Shown: piece after piece, positions 11,241 through 23,470 of the stretch
Layout of the letters: every line of letters starts with the position of its first letter
Position numbering within the stretch: position 1 is the first letter of the stretch
Assembly: GCF_036321535.1 (NCBI RefSeq)
Contig: NC_087437.1
Span: forward strand, 56,112,001 to 56,176,000
From: Camelus dromedarius
Lineage: Eukaryota
Direction of reading: 5' to 3'
DNA: 64,000 bases
Translations under genes and position numbers: made by a program
Notes under the pieces: model-generated
Databases searched by the model: none
Told to the model about the DNA's origin: nothing
Seen by the model: only the letters and a program-made list of their open reading frames with translations

Positions 11241-13281
11241 GGTCTCCTCAAGAAGACCTCTCAGAAGTGTCTTTGGCAATGTCCCCATCTTGGACTGTGC
11301 ATTTTTTCCAAGAGGTCTTCTCAACAGGATCTCCTGGCTGTGCCTGAGACCAGACTACTCAATGGCCTCAAGGGGTCCTCTCTCCAGACAATTAGTTCAC
11401 AGTTGCTTTCTCAAGAACATCCCTTGCATTCAGCTCAGGGTCCTATGTGACATCAGTGCAACCTCCCCAAGACCACATACTTGGTCCTGCAGACTCTTGC
11501 TGCATACACAAGCTTCTTGGCTGTACAGCTACATATATAGTCTGGAAGTTCTTAAGACATTTCTAAATGTAACTTAATATTTATATTTCTCTTTGTGTAC
11601 CCCCAAAATGTTACTGCATCTATTAAACAGCTTTCTGGAGCCCAATTTCAAATCAGATATACTTGGAAAAATGAAAAAATGTTTAAACTACTTCTGAATC
11701 AGTTGTGAAAACAAGAGCATATAATCTAGTGTCCTTTATAAAAACCTTTATAGATACTGACAGATGCTGGAGAGTTGCCTCAAAGAATATTGGCTTTTGC
11801 TCTGGTGTCAATAATAAACAGTGATCCTCTACATGGGAAGAATCGCCTATTGAACTCAGTAAGCTCTTCCCTCTGTATTTAAGACCCACGAGTATACTGT
11901 TTAAACTTGCTTTTCAGTCTCTTGTAGCATCAGATCTCAAGGCTTCACCTAATATGGGTTACTTGCTTTTACTTGAACATGCCTTTTGTGTTCACATTTC
12001 ATGACTTTTTCAGGCTGATCCTTTGACCTGGAAGAATAAAAGTCTAGTTATTAATGAAAGCCTACATTTGGACAAGCATCTCTGTATGTATTATGTTTTC
12101 TGGCCTTTACAATAGCCCGTTGCCATTTTACAAGTGAAGAAAATAAAAATTCAGAAGGGAACCACCTTACTGAATGTCTCACTCCTGGAATGAACAAACT
12201 TGGGATTTGGATTTAGGCTTAAGTATTCCACCATGCCATAACGCCTCTGCTGGTACAATTTAATTGACATTCAGAGAAAGGTACTTTCCAAAAATACAAC
12301 CACATGTTTATGATGTGGTTCAATGAAATTGCATATTAACAAACTGCTGTAAGTGTTGTTGGGATAAAAGAGTAAAGAAAACAAAAGAATTTAGACCTAA
12401 AAACAGCGAGAATCATCCTTCAAACACACAGTATTTCTTCAGAGTAGAACATTCCCCTCCTCTTTTTCTAATTCTTACTCATCAGTAAGCTCTTAAGTAT
12501 CACTTTCTATTAGGGAGCTTTCCTGACCTCCCCTTTAGAGACTGGAATAAATGGTCCTGCCTTGGGATCCTGTGGCTCTGATTTCTTGATCATAGCAGTT
12601 GACACAGTATTATTCCTTGTTTAGTTTCCTATCTTTGCTGTTAGATTGAGAGCTCTGTAAGGGACAATGATGATATCTATTCTTTAATGTATACCGGCAC
12701 CATATGTATTTTCTGGAACATGGGAACCATTTATATTTGATGAATGAAAAAAAGAGATTGAGAGACTGGGGAAGGGAGAGAAGGGGGTGGCAGAAAGCCC
12801 TTAGACTCTAGAGTCGAACCAAACTTAGCCATTTATGAGTTTTTTACTTTGAACCGTTGCTCAGCTCCTCTCAATCTACAGTTTCTCATCAGAAAAAGGT
12901 CATATTTGCTAGAATAACAACTATTTTTAAGAGGTCTTATGAGGTGCCCTGAACACAGTAAAAAATCTTAAAAATTTCTTTTTCATATCTAATTATGTGG
13001 TATTGTCTTGGAGTTATTCTGGAACTCTGGAGAAACTTTGTTTCCAGTGTTTTGGTAGCATTTCCTTTGATAACACTCCACGTTCTAACCATGCAGAGAG
13101 CCCTTGGATATTTCAAAGTCAACACCACAAACTTGAATTCACTGTCTCTTTTCTCAAGACTTTTCTCCTTCCTTTATTTCTGATTCCTGTTAAAGGCACA
13201 ATCATCCACAAAAACACAAAATCAGAAATAGAAACCTTGTCTCCTACCGTCACCACCCTCATTGTTTCTCTTAGTCTATAG

Positions 13282-13495
13282 CAGTGCTTCTCAGCTAGGC
13301 ATCATTTTGCCTTCCAGGGGCTATTTGATGCTGTCTGGAGACATTTTCGGTAGCCACAATGGGGAAAAGGTGATAGTATCTAGTGGGTAGAGGCCAAAGA
13401 TGCTGTGAGACCTCCTACACTGCACAGGACAGCCCACTTCAGCAACAAATTATGCCGCTCAACATATGAGTGGTGCTGAGGTTGAGAAAAACTTG
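13282..13495 (+). mobile_element. MER20 hAT-Charlie DNA transposon (near full length)
   Basis: cagtgcttctcagc...tgtctggagacattttc...atctagtgggtagaggccaaagatgctg...gtgctgaggttgagaaa. Confidence 0.85.
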
Positions 13496-13721
13496 CTGTA
13501 GAGCGAGGAGTTAGTAAACTTTCAGAACAGCATTCTAATCATTGGTCCTTGAAACTGCTGGCAGTACTGCATAATTTGCTGGTGAAAAAAAAAAGGGCTG
13601 CCTTCTTCCAGAAAGTGCTGTAATTACCCTACATTTCAGTAGAATTTTGGCCAGTTTGCTGGTGAGATCCGAGGTTGACTGTTTTATAAGGAGTTATGTT
13701 GATTCTCTAGATTTTCTTTTG

Positions 13722-14230
13722 AACAGCAGTCTCAAAGGGTAGTCCTGGAAACTCTGGAGGCCCATGAGACATTTTTAGAGAGTGTTCAAAGTTAGATTTT
13801 TACAATAATATTAAGATGTTGTTTGCCATTTACACTCTTTATCTTCTGAGAGTGGAGTTTTCCAGAATCTACATGACATATGACATTGCCAAACATTAAA
13901 TTAAAAAGCAAGTATGAGTATCCAGCTGCTTTATATTAAACCAGACATTAAAGAGATTTGGAAAGTCATATAATAATGCTATTCTTCTCATAATTTTTGT
14001 TTTTAAAATATATGGTTATTTTTCATGAAAATTTTATTTATGTTAACATATAATGGGTTTATTACTGTTTTTGAAACCAATTAATAAATAAATATCTTGA
14101 AAGTCCTCAGTTTTTATTTCTAACATAGGAAATATCACTAGATATAACCCATATAAACAACTACTTTGGCATCCTCAGTAATTTTTAAGCTTAAAAGGGG
14201 TCAACAGTTCAAAAAGTTTGAGAAGTGTTA
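13722..14230. mobile_element. MER119-like hAT-Charlie element
   Basis: ggagttttccagaatctacatgac...tattaaaccagacattaaagagatttg...aaaaagtttgagaag. Confidence 0.7.
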
Positions 14231-14289
14231 TTGTAGTGCAGTGTCTTTCATACTTTATGTATTCAATGCACATATTCTGATTCAGTAGG

Positions 14290-15182
14290 TATGATAATTA
14301 ATTTTATATGTCAACCTGACTGGGCCATGTGGTGTCCAGGCATTTGGTCAAATATTATTCTGGTCATGTCAGGGTGTTTCTGGATGTGAATAACACTTGA
14401 ATTAGTAGACTGAGTAAAGCAGACTGCCCTCCCTACTGTGGGTGGGCCCCATCTAATCACTTGAAGGCCTGAATAGAACAAAAAGACTGACCCACCTAGA
14501 GTAAGAGGGAACTCCTCCAGCCTTGACTGCCTTGAGCTGGGACATTTGCTTTTCCCCGACCTGCTGACTCGAACTGAAACATCAGCTCTTCCTGAGTGTC
14601 AAGCATGTCATTTAGACTAGAACTACACCCTCTGCAATCCTGGTTCTCAGGCCTTCAGAATCAGAGTGGAACTACACTATCGGCTCTCCTAGGTCTCTAG
14701 CTTGCCCATCGTACACCTTGAGATTGTGACCTTCCATAATCACATGAGCCAATACCTCATAATTATTATTTATCTATTTACGTATTTATTTATTTATTTG
14801 AGCTATAGTCGGTTTACAATGCTGTGTCAATTTCTGGTGCACAACACAACTTTTTAGTCTTACATGAACATACAAATATTCATTCCCATATTCTTCCTCC
14901 CCATGAGCTACCACAAGATCTTGTATATATTTCCCTGTACTATACAGTTTAAGCTTGTTTATCTATTCTATATATACCTGTCAGTATCTACAAATCTCTA
15001 ACTCCCAATCTTTCTCCTCCCACCCACCTCCCCCCACCGGCAACCATAAGTCTGTATTCTATGTCTGTCAGTCTGTTTCTGTTTTATATTTAAGTTCATT
15101 TGTCTTCTTCTTTTTTTTCTTTAAATTTCTTTATACCTATATATCTCCTATTGGTTCTATTTCTCTAGAGAAATCTAATATA
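14290..15182 (+). mobile_element. MLT2B-like ERVL solo LTR
   Basis: tatgataattaattttatatgtcaacctgactgggcc...cctattggttctatttctctagagaaatctaatata; perfect 5-bp TSD gtagg (14285-14289 / 15183-15187). Confidence 0.9.
14765..15122 (-). mobile_element. Lineage LINE-1 3' UTR fragment inserted in the MLT2
   Basis: (ttta)n tail, then gagctatagtcggtttacaatgctgtgtcaatttctggtg...; clearly homologous to 836-1160. Confidence 0.9.
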
Positions 15183-15284
15183 GTAGGTCTGGGATGGGGC
15201 CTGAGATTCTGCATTCTAACATCCTCCCCAGAGATTCTAATGTTGCTGGTCCTTGGACCACACTTCTAATCGCAAAGGTCAAAG

Positions 15285-15620
15285 CATCATCACCTGGTAG
15301 TTTATTGGAAATATAAAATCTCAGATCCTGCCTCAAACCTGTAGGATCAGAATCTGCATTTAAACGAGGTCCCCAGGTGATTTGTTTGCACTTTAAAATT
15401 TAAGTGACACTGCTCTATGTTAGTTGTTCTCAACCCTGACTACTTAGTAGAATCACTTGGATAGCTTCAAAAAAAAAAAAAAAAAAAAGATAACTGGACT
15501 CCACCTCAATCAAGTCAGACCAATTAAATCAGAATCAGTAAGAATGGGGCCTGGACATCTTTATGTTTTAAGTGCTGTGCAGATGACATTAATGTGCAGT
15601 CATGAATGAAAATCATTGGT
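15285..15620. mobile_element. Two adjacent MER5-family hAT elements
   Basis: atcagaatctgcattttaaacgaggtccccaggtgatt and gttctcaaccctgac...agaatcacttgg...cagaccaattaaatcagaatc. Confidence 0.7.
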
Positions 15621-15949
15621 CTAAATAAAAGACTGAAGATCAACAGTTGCAATCTATGAGGCTTTTGAAAAAAGAAAATTAATTACCCAGGGTATGAGGT
15701 AAGAGTAAAAGATGTCAATTAGCCACTTAGTGTTTTTCTATATATAGTCAAAAGTTAACCAAGCAGCCAAGTTCTCAGATAAGACACCAAAGGAAATTAT
15801 GGCACTACTGGCTGTAATAAGAGATCATATGACTTTTTATGTGTTTGATGTGTGTTTTTTTTTTCTGAACTGGGGACTTAGGGTTGAATTTTTACAGAAA
15901 ATTCTTTCCAAGTCCAGAATCCCTAAATTGTTATGTGTTGTGTTATATA

Positions 15950-16110
15950 GAGTAGACTCACAGAGCTGGAAGGTTTTTTAGGGATTATCTAGTCTAACTG
16001 CTTCATGTATAGATAGGGAAACTGAGGCTCAGACAGGCCAATTCACTCACATAGTATAGTGGAAACAACAGACCTGAGTTCAGCTCACAGCTCTTATACA
16101 TCCTCTGGAG
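15950..16110 (-). mobile_element. MIR SINE
   Basis: ttatctagtctaac...tatagatagggaaactgaggctcaga. Confidence 0.7.
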
Positions 16111-17129
16111 TCATTCTTTTGTTCCCAGAACAAGCGGCTACACCATGGCTAGCACCACCAGCAGTCTAGAAGTACAACAATCAGACTGGTACAATGATGC
16201 CGCCATTGAAATTTTGCTGACTGCTGAGTATTTTATGTATATACATACATATATGCATATATATACATTTTATAATTCAACAACTGTTTAGTGAGCCTCT
16301 GCCAAGTGGTGTTAGAAATTTAGTAGACATCATTCAAAGTTATTTTGTCATCCTACAATGACTTGCAAATCTCCTGATTTCCACGTTAGTGTTTATTTAA
16401 CTGCATGTCCCACTGCCCTCCTTGGCAGATGAAGAGGGTTGAGAAAATTGAACTACTCACCCAGCTGACAAAGTGGGACTGGGACCTTGATCCTGGACTG
16501 ATCAGACTGCTCTCTCTGCAAACAGACTGGAGCCTGAAGAACAGAAACTGATGTTGGAAATCCTTAGTAACTAGAAACTCCTCCCAGCTTTTCCTCCTTT
16601 CTCTGAAAATAGAACTCCTTAAAGAGAGAGAGAAATAAAGGAAAGAAAAGAAAAGGCACACTGTTTGATGTACTGTATGTTGGAGGGTTCTGGAAAAATT
16701 TATAATGTGTTCTGTACTCAGAGACAAAATTTTCCAATAGGACATTTATACTATTTCCTTCCAAGAGTCTGCATCCTGTTACACTCTGGAAGAAGTGACC
16801 TCATGGTGTTTGTATTTGTCTCTTTCACAAAACCTCTTTTACAGTATTAATGCATGTGCAGATCTTAGGATACGTAAGACATGAGGCTCTGACTTTGGCA
16901 GGTCATTCAAAGAACACGCTGCCACTTTCACGCTGGCGTCATCTTGTTTTATAGCGGCAGAGGGTCTGGGAGTGGGAGAGCTGGCTGGGAGGAAGTTCTA
17001 TGCCAAGTGACTTGGAAAATATATGCCACAGCAATCTAAAGAACCTAATAAAAGCGAAAGAATATTAACTAGTGATACATGTTATTAGTCTCCAAGGAAC
17101 TGACAGTAATCACTGTAATCCTTTACAGC

Positions 17130-17810
17130 CCATTAGAATTATAAGGTGATTGCTTGCACATTACCTCATTTGTTCAATGCTTTGCAGTTTATAAAGCACT
17201 TCCTCATAGATCATCTTGGTTGTTTCTTCCAACATCCACGTGCGCTATGCAGGACTACTATTATCCCAAATTTGAAGAGGAATGAAAACTGAGGCTTGGA
17301 GATAGGTAAATAAAAATAATGGAAATTCTTTGACATAGAATTTGATCACATCGAAAACTCTTTTTATGTACAGGAATTCATTTGGTTTCCACAACAATAT
17401 CTGCAGTAAGTAAAATTACTAATCCCATTTTGCATATAAAGAAGCCAAGAAACAGAGAGTAAATCACTTACCCCAGATTTCACAGCGAATCAAGTGGCAG
17501 AGTGAGAAGTTAGATCTAGACCGACTCCTTAAAAAGTGCTCCTTCCACTAAATAAAAGTACCTCTTTACAGAGCAGGGGCTTGGAGGCAACCAGACCTGC
17601 ATATAAATCTTGGCTTCTGCACAGGTGGACTGTAGGGTGAAGTCTGAGAAACTACTTAAGCTCGCTAAGCACAGCTTTCTGATCGGTAAAACGAGAAAAG
17701 TAATTCCTCCCTCATGGGATTCCTGTAAGGAAAAAATGAGCTCGTTTGCAAAATGTTTAGCATAGTGTTGGACACGCAGAAAGGGCCCAGTGACTGTTAT
17801 TGTAATAAAT
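17130..17810. mobile_element. Cluster of three MIR SINE fragments
   Basis: gaaaactgaggcttggaga; cccattttgcatataaagaagcc; tttgcaaaatgtttagcatagtgttggacac. Confidence 0.6.
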
Positions 17811-17889
17811 TTTATCACTGGCCACCATTAACACACAAGCCCCTCCCATCCCAACTTTAGTCTCACCAGTGCTGCTCAACAGTTTTGGC

Positions 17890-18540
17890 AAATGTCGCTT
17901 GTTTTTTTTCCAGCTGAAGCTGTGGACTCCTCTCCTCCGAGCAGTGCGCGAAGAGCTACGTTAATCTCTGCAACAGAAGTCAGGATTCCGAGTGCCGACG
18001 CTTTCGTCTCCTTCCTTTTACGTCCTTTAGAACCCATACAAGCCCTCTCGTTTCCAACCTCTGTTCCCAGCTGTAGGTCTGGGTGAACGGAATAAAGTGA
18101 GAACTACACTCAGAATAAAAACAAACCGAGGCTGTGTCATAACATCTGGTTAAAATTCCAGAGCCCCAGACCCCACACAAAGCAGCTGCGGCTCATGTTA
18201 CTGGGCATCTCGTCGACCTCGCCTCTCTCCGCAGCATCTCTAAGAAATCAAGTACCTGATATTTAAGGCGGGTCTGAGGCAAAGCAGCCCTTGTAGTCAG
18301 GGAATACTGACGGTGTATAGAGTTCAGTCCCAATCAGTTGTTGGTTAAACACGCTGCTCATTCTCAGAGCATGTAGATCCTTCCCAAGTCTTTCCCCCTC
18401 TTCCACGGACTCAGCACCTTGTTGCGGCAGCGCGATCCTCACCACGGTCCCCTCACCACGGTCCGCTCACCACGGTCCCTTACAGGTTTGTCGCCTCCGC
18501 CTCTGACACTCCCTGACATTCCCCGTGCAGCCCACTCGTC
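17890..18540. promoter_or_regulatory. Small CpG-rich island-like segment
   Basis: About 33 CpGs in 650 bp by hand count, several-fold above the flanks. Confidence 0.5.
18437..18478. repeat. 14-bp tandem repeat x3
   Basis: cctcaccacggtcc cctcaccacggtcc gctcaccacggtcc. Confidence 0.95.
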
Positions 18541-20559
18541 CTGAGATGTTTTGAGTTCTCCAAATGCAGCCTGACTCTCAAATTTTAGTGCTTTGCACAA
18601 GTTATTCTTTTTACCAAGAATTCTTACTCATTCCCTGAACTGTTGTTGAAAGATGAGTTCCTATTCTTGATGATGCAGTTCATGTAGCTTTTCTTTTAAG
18701 AAACGTCTTCTGGGGGCTTCTATTCCTGAGAGGCTGTATGGGTAACGCTGGTGTTTTTCTCTCTTCTCTCACCACCTTGTATGACCTTTAACTGCTATAC
18801 ATATATTTATGTTCACACCCATTTCCTTCACAAATCTCTGAGCTCCCTTGGAGTAATTTTTTCTTTTGATGTATGATGAAACCCAGTGCTATGGTAGGGA
18901 TTTAATAACTCTTTTGAGAGACAGTATGGAAGTTTTGAATCTTAACTGTGTTTATACACTAGACACCTTTGGTGCCTTGGGCCTTGAATACTACTGTGAT
19001 TCCTTCTTTCCTTTCTTTCTTTCTTGTCACCATTTCATAGTTGAAAAAAATGTTAAATTTTAGTTAAAGATTAGAATGAAAATGACCATTTTTTTTCAGT
19101 TCCAGGTCAATGGACCCCTTGAATTCTATCCACACATTCCTGATTAAGAACCCCTAGAATGTATGGAATTTAGAATCAAACAGACTGAGATTAAAAATAT
19201 TAACATCTCTCTACACTAAATAAATATAAGCTGAGACTTCTGATTGTTATAATACTTAACTGTGTGTGATGTGAAAAAAAATCCGACACTGTCTGTGATG
19301 GTGTCTAACAGGTGGCCACAGCTACATCAGTGCTATTTAGCTGTGTTACTACTAACTGTCATTAGTTTATTGAGACTTCATGGGACAATGAGAGAAGCCC
19401 AAATACTCTGGATTTAATCTCAGCCTTGACTTTTATTCATTATGTGACCTGGGCCCCTTTAAATGTCAGTTAATTCATTTGGAATATGGGGCTAATAGTA
19501 TCTATTATGAAGCCTTTTTATAAGACAGTAAAAAAATGCGCAAACATAGGGCTGGAAAATAAGAAACACCCCATAAACAATCAAATGAATGACTGACTGA
19601 CATTTTAAAACGTAATGAATTCCACTTCCTTGGGTCCAGCAAATTTCACTTCCCAGTGAAATTATAAATTCTCAAAAAGATAATACTAATTGTATCTACA
19701 CATTCAAAATTAACTATTTTAAAATTGAAAAGTTAAAATTTAAATGTGAAGTCAACTTTACTTCTTTTTTTTTACAAACACCTTTTTACCAGATGCCAAG
19801 ATTTTCTGGAAAAATCTGAAGTGGGGAATTGGTTAAATAAACAAAACATATTTCAGTTAAAAGAGCAATACAATTACAAGAAAATGAATTTTTTAATGGA
19901 GAGAAATACTTATTGGTAAACTATTTTATATATAAAACATTTTTTTAACATATTACCTGGGGACACATAGTTCAAACAATGGAGATAAATACCAGCAAAT
20001 ATGAAATACTTTGAAAAATCAGCTAATGAAATATCCAAATACTTAACCAATGCAAGGGTAAATATTTATTAAACACAGGTGCCGGTGACATCTGGAGAAA
20101 TGGAGCAGTCAGATTCCACAATCTGATTGCTCAGAACAGGGATCCAGATCCTGAACGACACCAGAGATTTGCTATTTGATTAACTGCTGACTATTGCATT
20201 CCCCGCAGCTGCCCATCTGTGCTCCAGTGTCTCAAAGGCCAGAGTGGATGGCATGCATTGCATGTGAGCTGCACGACTCTGGCCACCCCAGAGGGCTCGC
20301 CCTAAGTCTCTAGCTGATGTTTAACATGAAAATAAAACATTAACAGATGCTGTGTCTTAACTTTGCCTGCTGTCTGTCTTCTCCGAGATGAGTTCCTCTT
20401 GGCCAATGATCATCTGACTGTAGCCTTGGAAAGCTGCCTGGTAGAGTAAAGGGAGGCAAAGAGGAAGTGGGAGAGGAGAGAGAGAGAAAGAGAGAGAAAG
20501 AGGCAGAAGCAAGGGAGAAAGAAAGAAAAATATCTTGTGTTGTGCTGGGAAACTAAGAA

Positions 20560-20700
20560 ATCTGGAATGTAGTTCCGCTGCAGTCATTAACTTGCTGCGA
20601 GAACTTGGGAAAGATACTTCCCTTTTCTGTGCCTCAGTTTCCTCATCTATAAAATGAAGCAATAAGGTAAGATGGACTAAAATCCCTTCAAGAGCTAGCA
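20560..20700 (+). mobile_element. MIR SINE
   Basis: tctgtgcctcagtttcctcatctataaaatg, near-consensus MIR core. Confidence 0.85.
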
Positions 20701-20903
20701 GTAGTAGTCACGGCTTAAATTACAGATTTAAATTACCATCTATCCTACACAACTGTAGCCTTACCAAAACAATAAAATCTGTAAAACTGGATAACCTGGG
20801 CATTTGGATAAATAAGTTTTATTACTCCACTAAGAAAAGGGAGGAGGAGACCAGTACACAGCATGCTTCCTATGTGTCATACGCTTTCATAAAGTTCTCA
20901 TTT

Positions 20904-21316
20904 TGTTACGGAAACGACAGGCCAGTCAAGAAACAAGCACCACTCGGAGGGTTGGAGTACTCAGATGTATTACCCCGGCGGGCTCAGAGGGGCTTCTGCT
21001 CCAAAGCTCTGAGCACCTCCAAGACATGCGCATGAGGTTTTATAGGGTAAAGTACAAGCTTGGGGTATTTGGCCAATAGGCATGGAACAGCTTTAGCAGC
21101 ATTATCATCACAAAAGTGGAGGCGGGGAGGCAGCAAACCAACATTCCAAAGCCAGATATGTATCTTTGAAAACCCAGCTGGCTAGCAAAAAACATAAACA
21201 GCAAACCAACACTAATTAACATAGATTTACAAGTTAGTCCAGCAGAACTCAGATCAGTATTCCAATACTTAGATTTGTGAGTTATCTTGTTAGCCCAGCC
21301 CGGCTTTTCCTTCACA
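20904..21316 (-). mobile_element. ERV1-like solo LTR (413 bp) inserted in a MIR
   Basis: TG...CA ends (tgttacgg / ccttcaca); on the minus strand a TATA (ctataaaa) then a variant poly(A) signal (aataca); CpGs retained; probable 4-bp TSD attt/atat. Confidence 0.8.
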
Positions 21317-21883
21317 ATATTACATGATGACAAAAATGTAAGTAGTCTTTCCCCATTTTAGAGAAGAGTAAAATTAAGTTCTAGAGTTAAATAACTTGAT
21401 TAAGTTCAGGATATTAATTAGCAAAGTTAGGACTTGATTCCTTGCATTTATTTACTCATTCCTGCCATAAATATTGTTGAGCACCACACCAGGCCCTGAA
21501 TTAGATACAGGATTAAAACAGGGGACAGCACCTCCATAGATCAAGCTTCTTTTTCTACTACAGTGAAGGTATACTCTTGCCAGAATATCATGAGAATGTC
21601 AGTCTTTGGTGTTCTGAGGCCCAGTTTTCAGCATGGGTAATAATGGGGCAGGGGGAGCAGGGGGATCCCCACACCTCCAACAAGCAACTCTCAGAACACC
21701 AGCTGGGTGTCCCGGAATTCAATTCTAAAGCTCTCTACTCAGAGATAGCATCAGATTCCACAGGTTGAGGGCTCAGCCCTGCAGAACTGCGCACCCACTC
21801 CCTTCTCACTTCAAAGGCCAGTCAAGAGCTCCAGGCTCTTACCTGTGCTGCTGACCTACTGGCTATAAATCAGAGGTTCCCAT

Positions 21884-22378
21884 TGTCGACTGAAATAAAT
21901 GCACAGCCTGAAAGCTGAGAGTTATGTTTTATTTGGCGGACATTTCTGAGGACTTGAACCCCTTGGAGCCCGGGATGACAGCCTCTCAGATTACGCTAAG
22001 GGACTGCTTCGAAGAGGTAGAGGAGGAGCTAGGATATATAGGAGCTTTACAACAAAGACCAGGTAGTTGGAACATTAAAAGATTACTTGTTAACTAAAAA
22101 TCAGGCATCTCAAGTTAAAGAATTTAGCACTTTTCTATGTATGAGAGGGAGAAAACATTCAGGCTCATTGAATTCATTCCTTTGGCAAGCACCTAGCTGC
22201 CTAGGGCCAGTATCTTGTCCTTTATTATTCTGAGTCCCCTCAGGGTGCACCATTGCGAGTGGCTGCAGAGGCTGGGCTGCAGGCTTGTTTTCACTGAGGG
22301 GTAGCGGCAGCCGTAGATGACTTGATGGCTTCAGCATTCTTTGTTTACTGATATGGTTTGCAGTATTTTTTGTTCACA
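21884..22378 (-). mobile_element. ERV1-like solo LTR (495 bp) nested in MER21
   Basis: tgtcgactg...tgttcaca; minus-strand AATAAA near the left end (ttttatttgg); 4-bp TSD ccat (21880-21883) / tcat (22379-22382); host sequence rejoins across it. Confidence 0.85.
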
Positions 22379-22421
22379 TCATGACCCCACCTCCTCATGT
22401 TGGATTAATTTGCTAGAGTGG

Positions 22422-22481
22422 CTTGCAGAACTCAGAGAAACGTGTTACTTACTTGCAGAACTCAGAGAAACGTGTTACTTA
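22422..22481. repeat. Perfect 30-bp tandem duplication
   Basis: cttgcagaactcagagaaacgtgttactta x2. Confidence 0.97.
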
Positions 22482-23071
22482 CAGCCTGAAGGAGATGCAT
22501 AGAGTGAGGAATGGGGAAAGAGCATGGAGCTTCCGTGCCCTCTCATGGACACCATTCTCTCTAATCTTTAGGTGTTCGCAACCCAGAAACTCTCCACATC
22601 CTGTCCTCTTGGGTTTTTACAGAGGCCTCATTAATAGTCTCAATTGATTAAATCATGGGTCACTGGGGATTGATTCAACCTCCAGCTGCTCTCCCCTCCT
22701 GGGAGACAAAAGGTGCTACTGAAAGTTCCAACCCTGGGTTCCAAAAGTCACCTCGTTCATATAACAAAGACAGCTTTATCACTCCAACACTTAGGAAATG
22801 CCCAGAGTATTAGGAGCTGTGAGTTAGGAACTGTGGACAAAGATGACATATATATGAGAAATATATTTTAGTTATCTAAATGATCAAATATATTTCTTAT
22901 AAATCACAATATTGCAGTCAAGGAACCAGATAATTTAAATTTTCCAAAATACATGAACTATTTGGGAAAAGAGATCCTTGAGTCATTGAAGAGTAGTTTT
23001 CCAACATTTAGGCTCTGATTTTTTCCATTTTCCATTTAAAACATGATATTCATAATGAGGAAAAATGAATT

Positions 23072-23200
23072 TGTTAGAGCAGGCAGATAGCTAATATGAG
23101 CAGAGAAAGGGGGGCCATGGGCCAAATGGCAGGAAACCACACATCTTGTGAACAACAGGAGTCCGAAGGTAGACAAACAAAAGTAGGAACCTCCAGACTG
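23072..23200 (+). mobile_element. ERVL-type LTR 5' fragment
   Basis: tgttagagcaggcagatagctaatatgagcagag resembles LTR18/MER54-like ERVL LTR starts. Confidence 0.5.
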
Positions 23201-23249
23201 ATAATAAACAACACATTCTGGGGTCACAAGTGTCCTGGAGGCAGACAAA

Positions 23250-23470
23250 GCCACTGTGTTAAGTGCTTTGAAAGCGTTACACCATTAATCTTCTCAATGA
23301 CCTTTAACATAGATATTATTAGCATAGATAATATTATTATTATTTCCATTCTGTAGATAAGGAAGTCTGAGAATTAGAAATGCTAAGTAATTTGGATAAA
23401 GACACAGAGAAAAAGTTAATATTCAAAGCCAGATTACTTTGAGTTGAAAGTTAATGCTCTTAACATGTAA
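23250..23470 (-). mobile_element. MIR SINE
   Basis: attattatttccattctgtagataaggaagtctgag...ctaagtaatttg. Confidence 0.75.

Larger units (their letters stand above)
14239..15270. mobile_element. MER5A-like element split by MLT2 (pieces 14239-14289 and 15183-15270)
   Basis: attctgattcagtagg | tctgggatggggcctgagattctgcattctaac joins into continuous MER5A sequence once the MLT2 is removed. Confidence 0.85.
21580..22916 (-). mobile_element. MER21-like LTR element, split by a younger LTR
   Basis: gagatagcatcagattccacaggttgagggctcag, ggctataaatcagaggttccc, attaatttgctagagtggc and terminus atatttcttataaatcacaatattgca. Left boundary approximate. Confidence 0.8.

Noticed and set aside
20280..20300. 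Second CTCF-like motif (ggccaccccagagggctc)
   Set aside because: Mismatches at key core positions; much weaker than the 24769 site.
18437..22481. Short direct repeats as a CRISPR-like array
   Set aside because: They are head-to-tail duplications with no spacers, in mammalian DNA with no cas genes.
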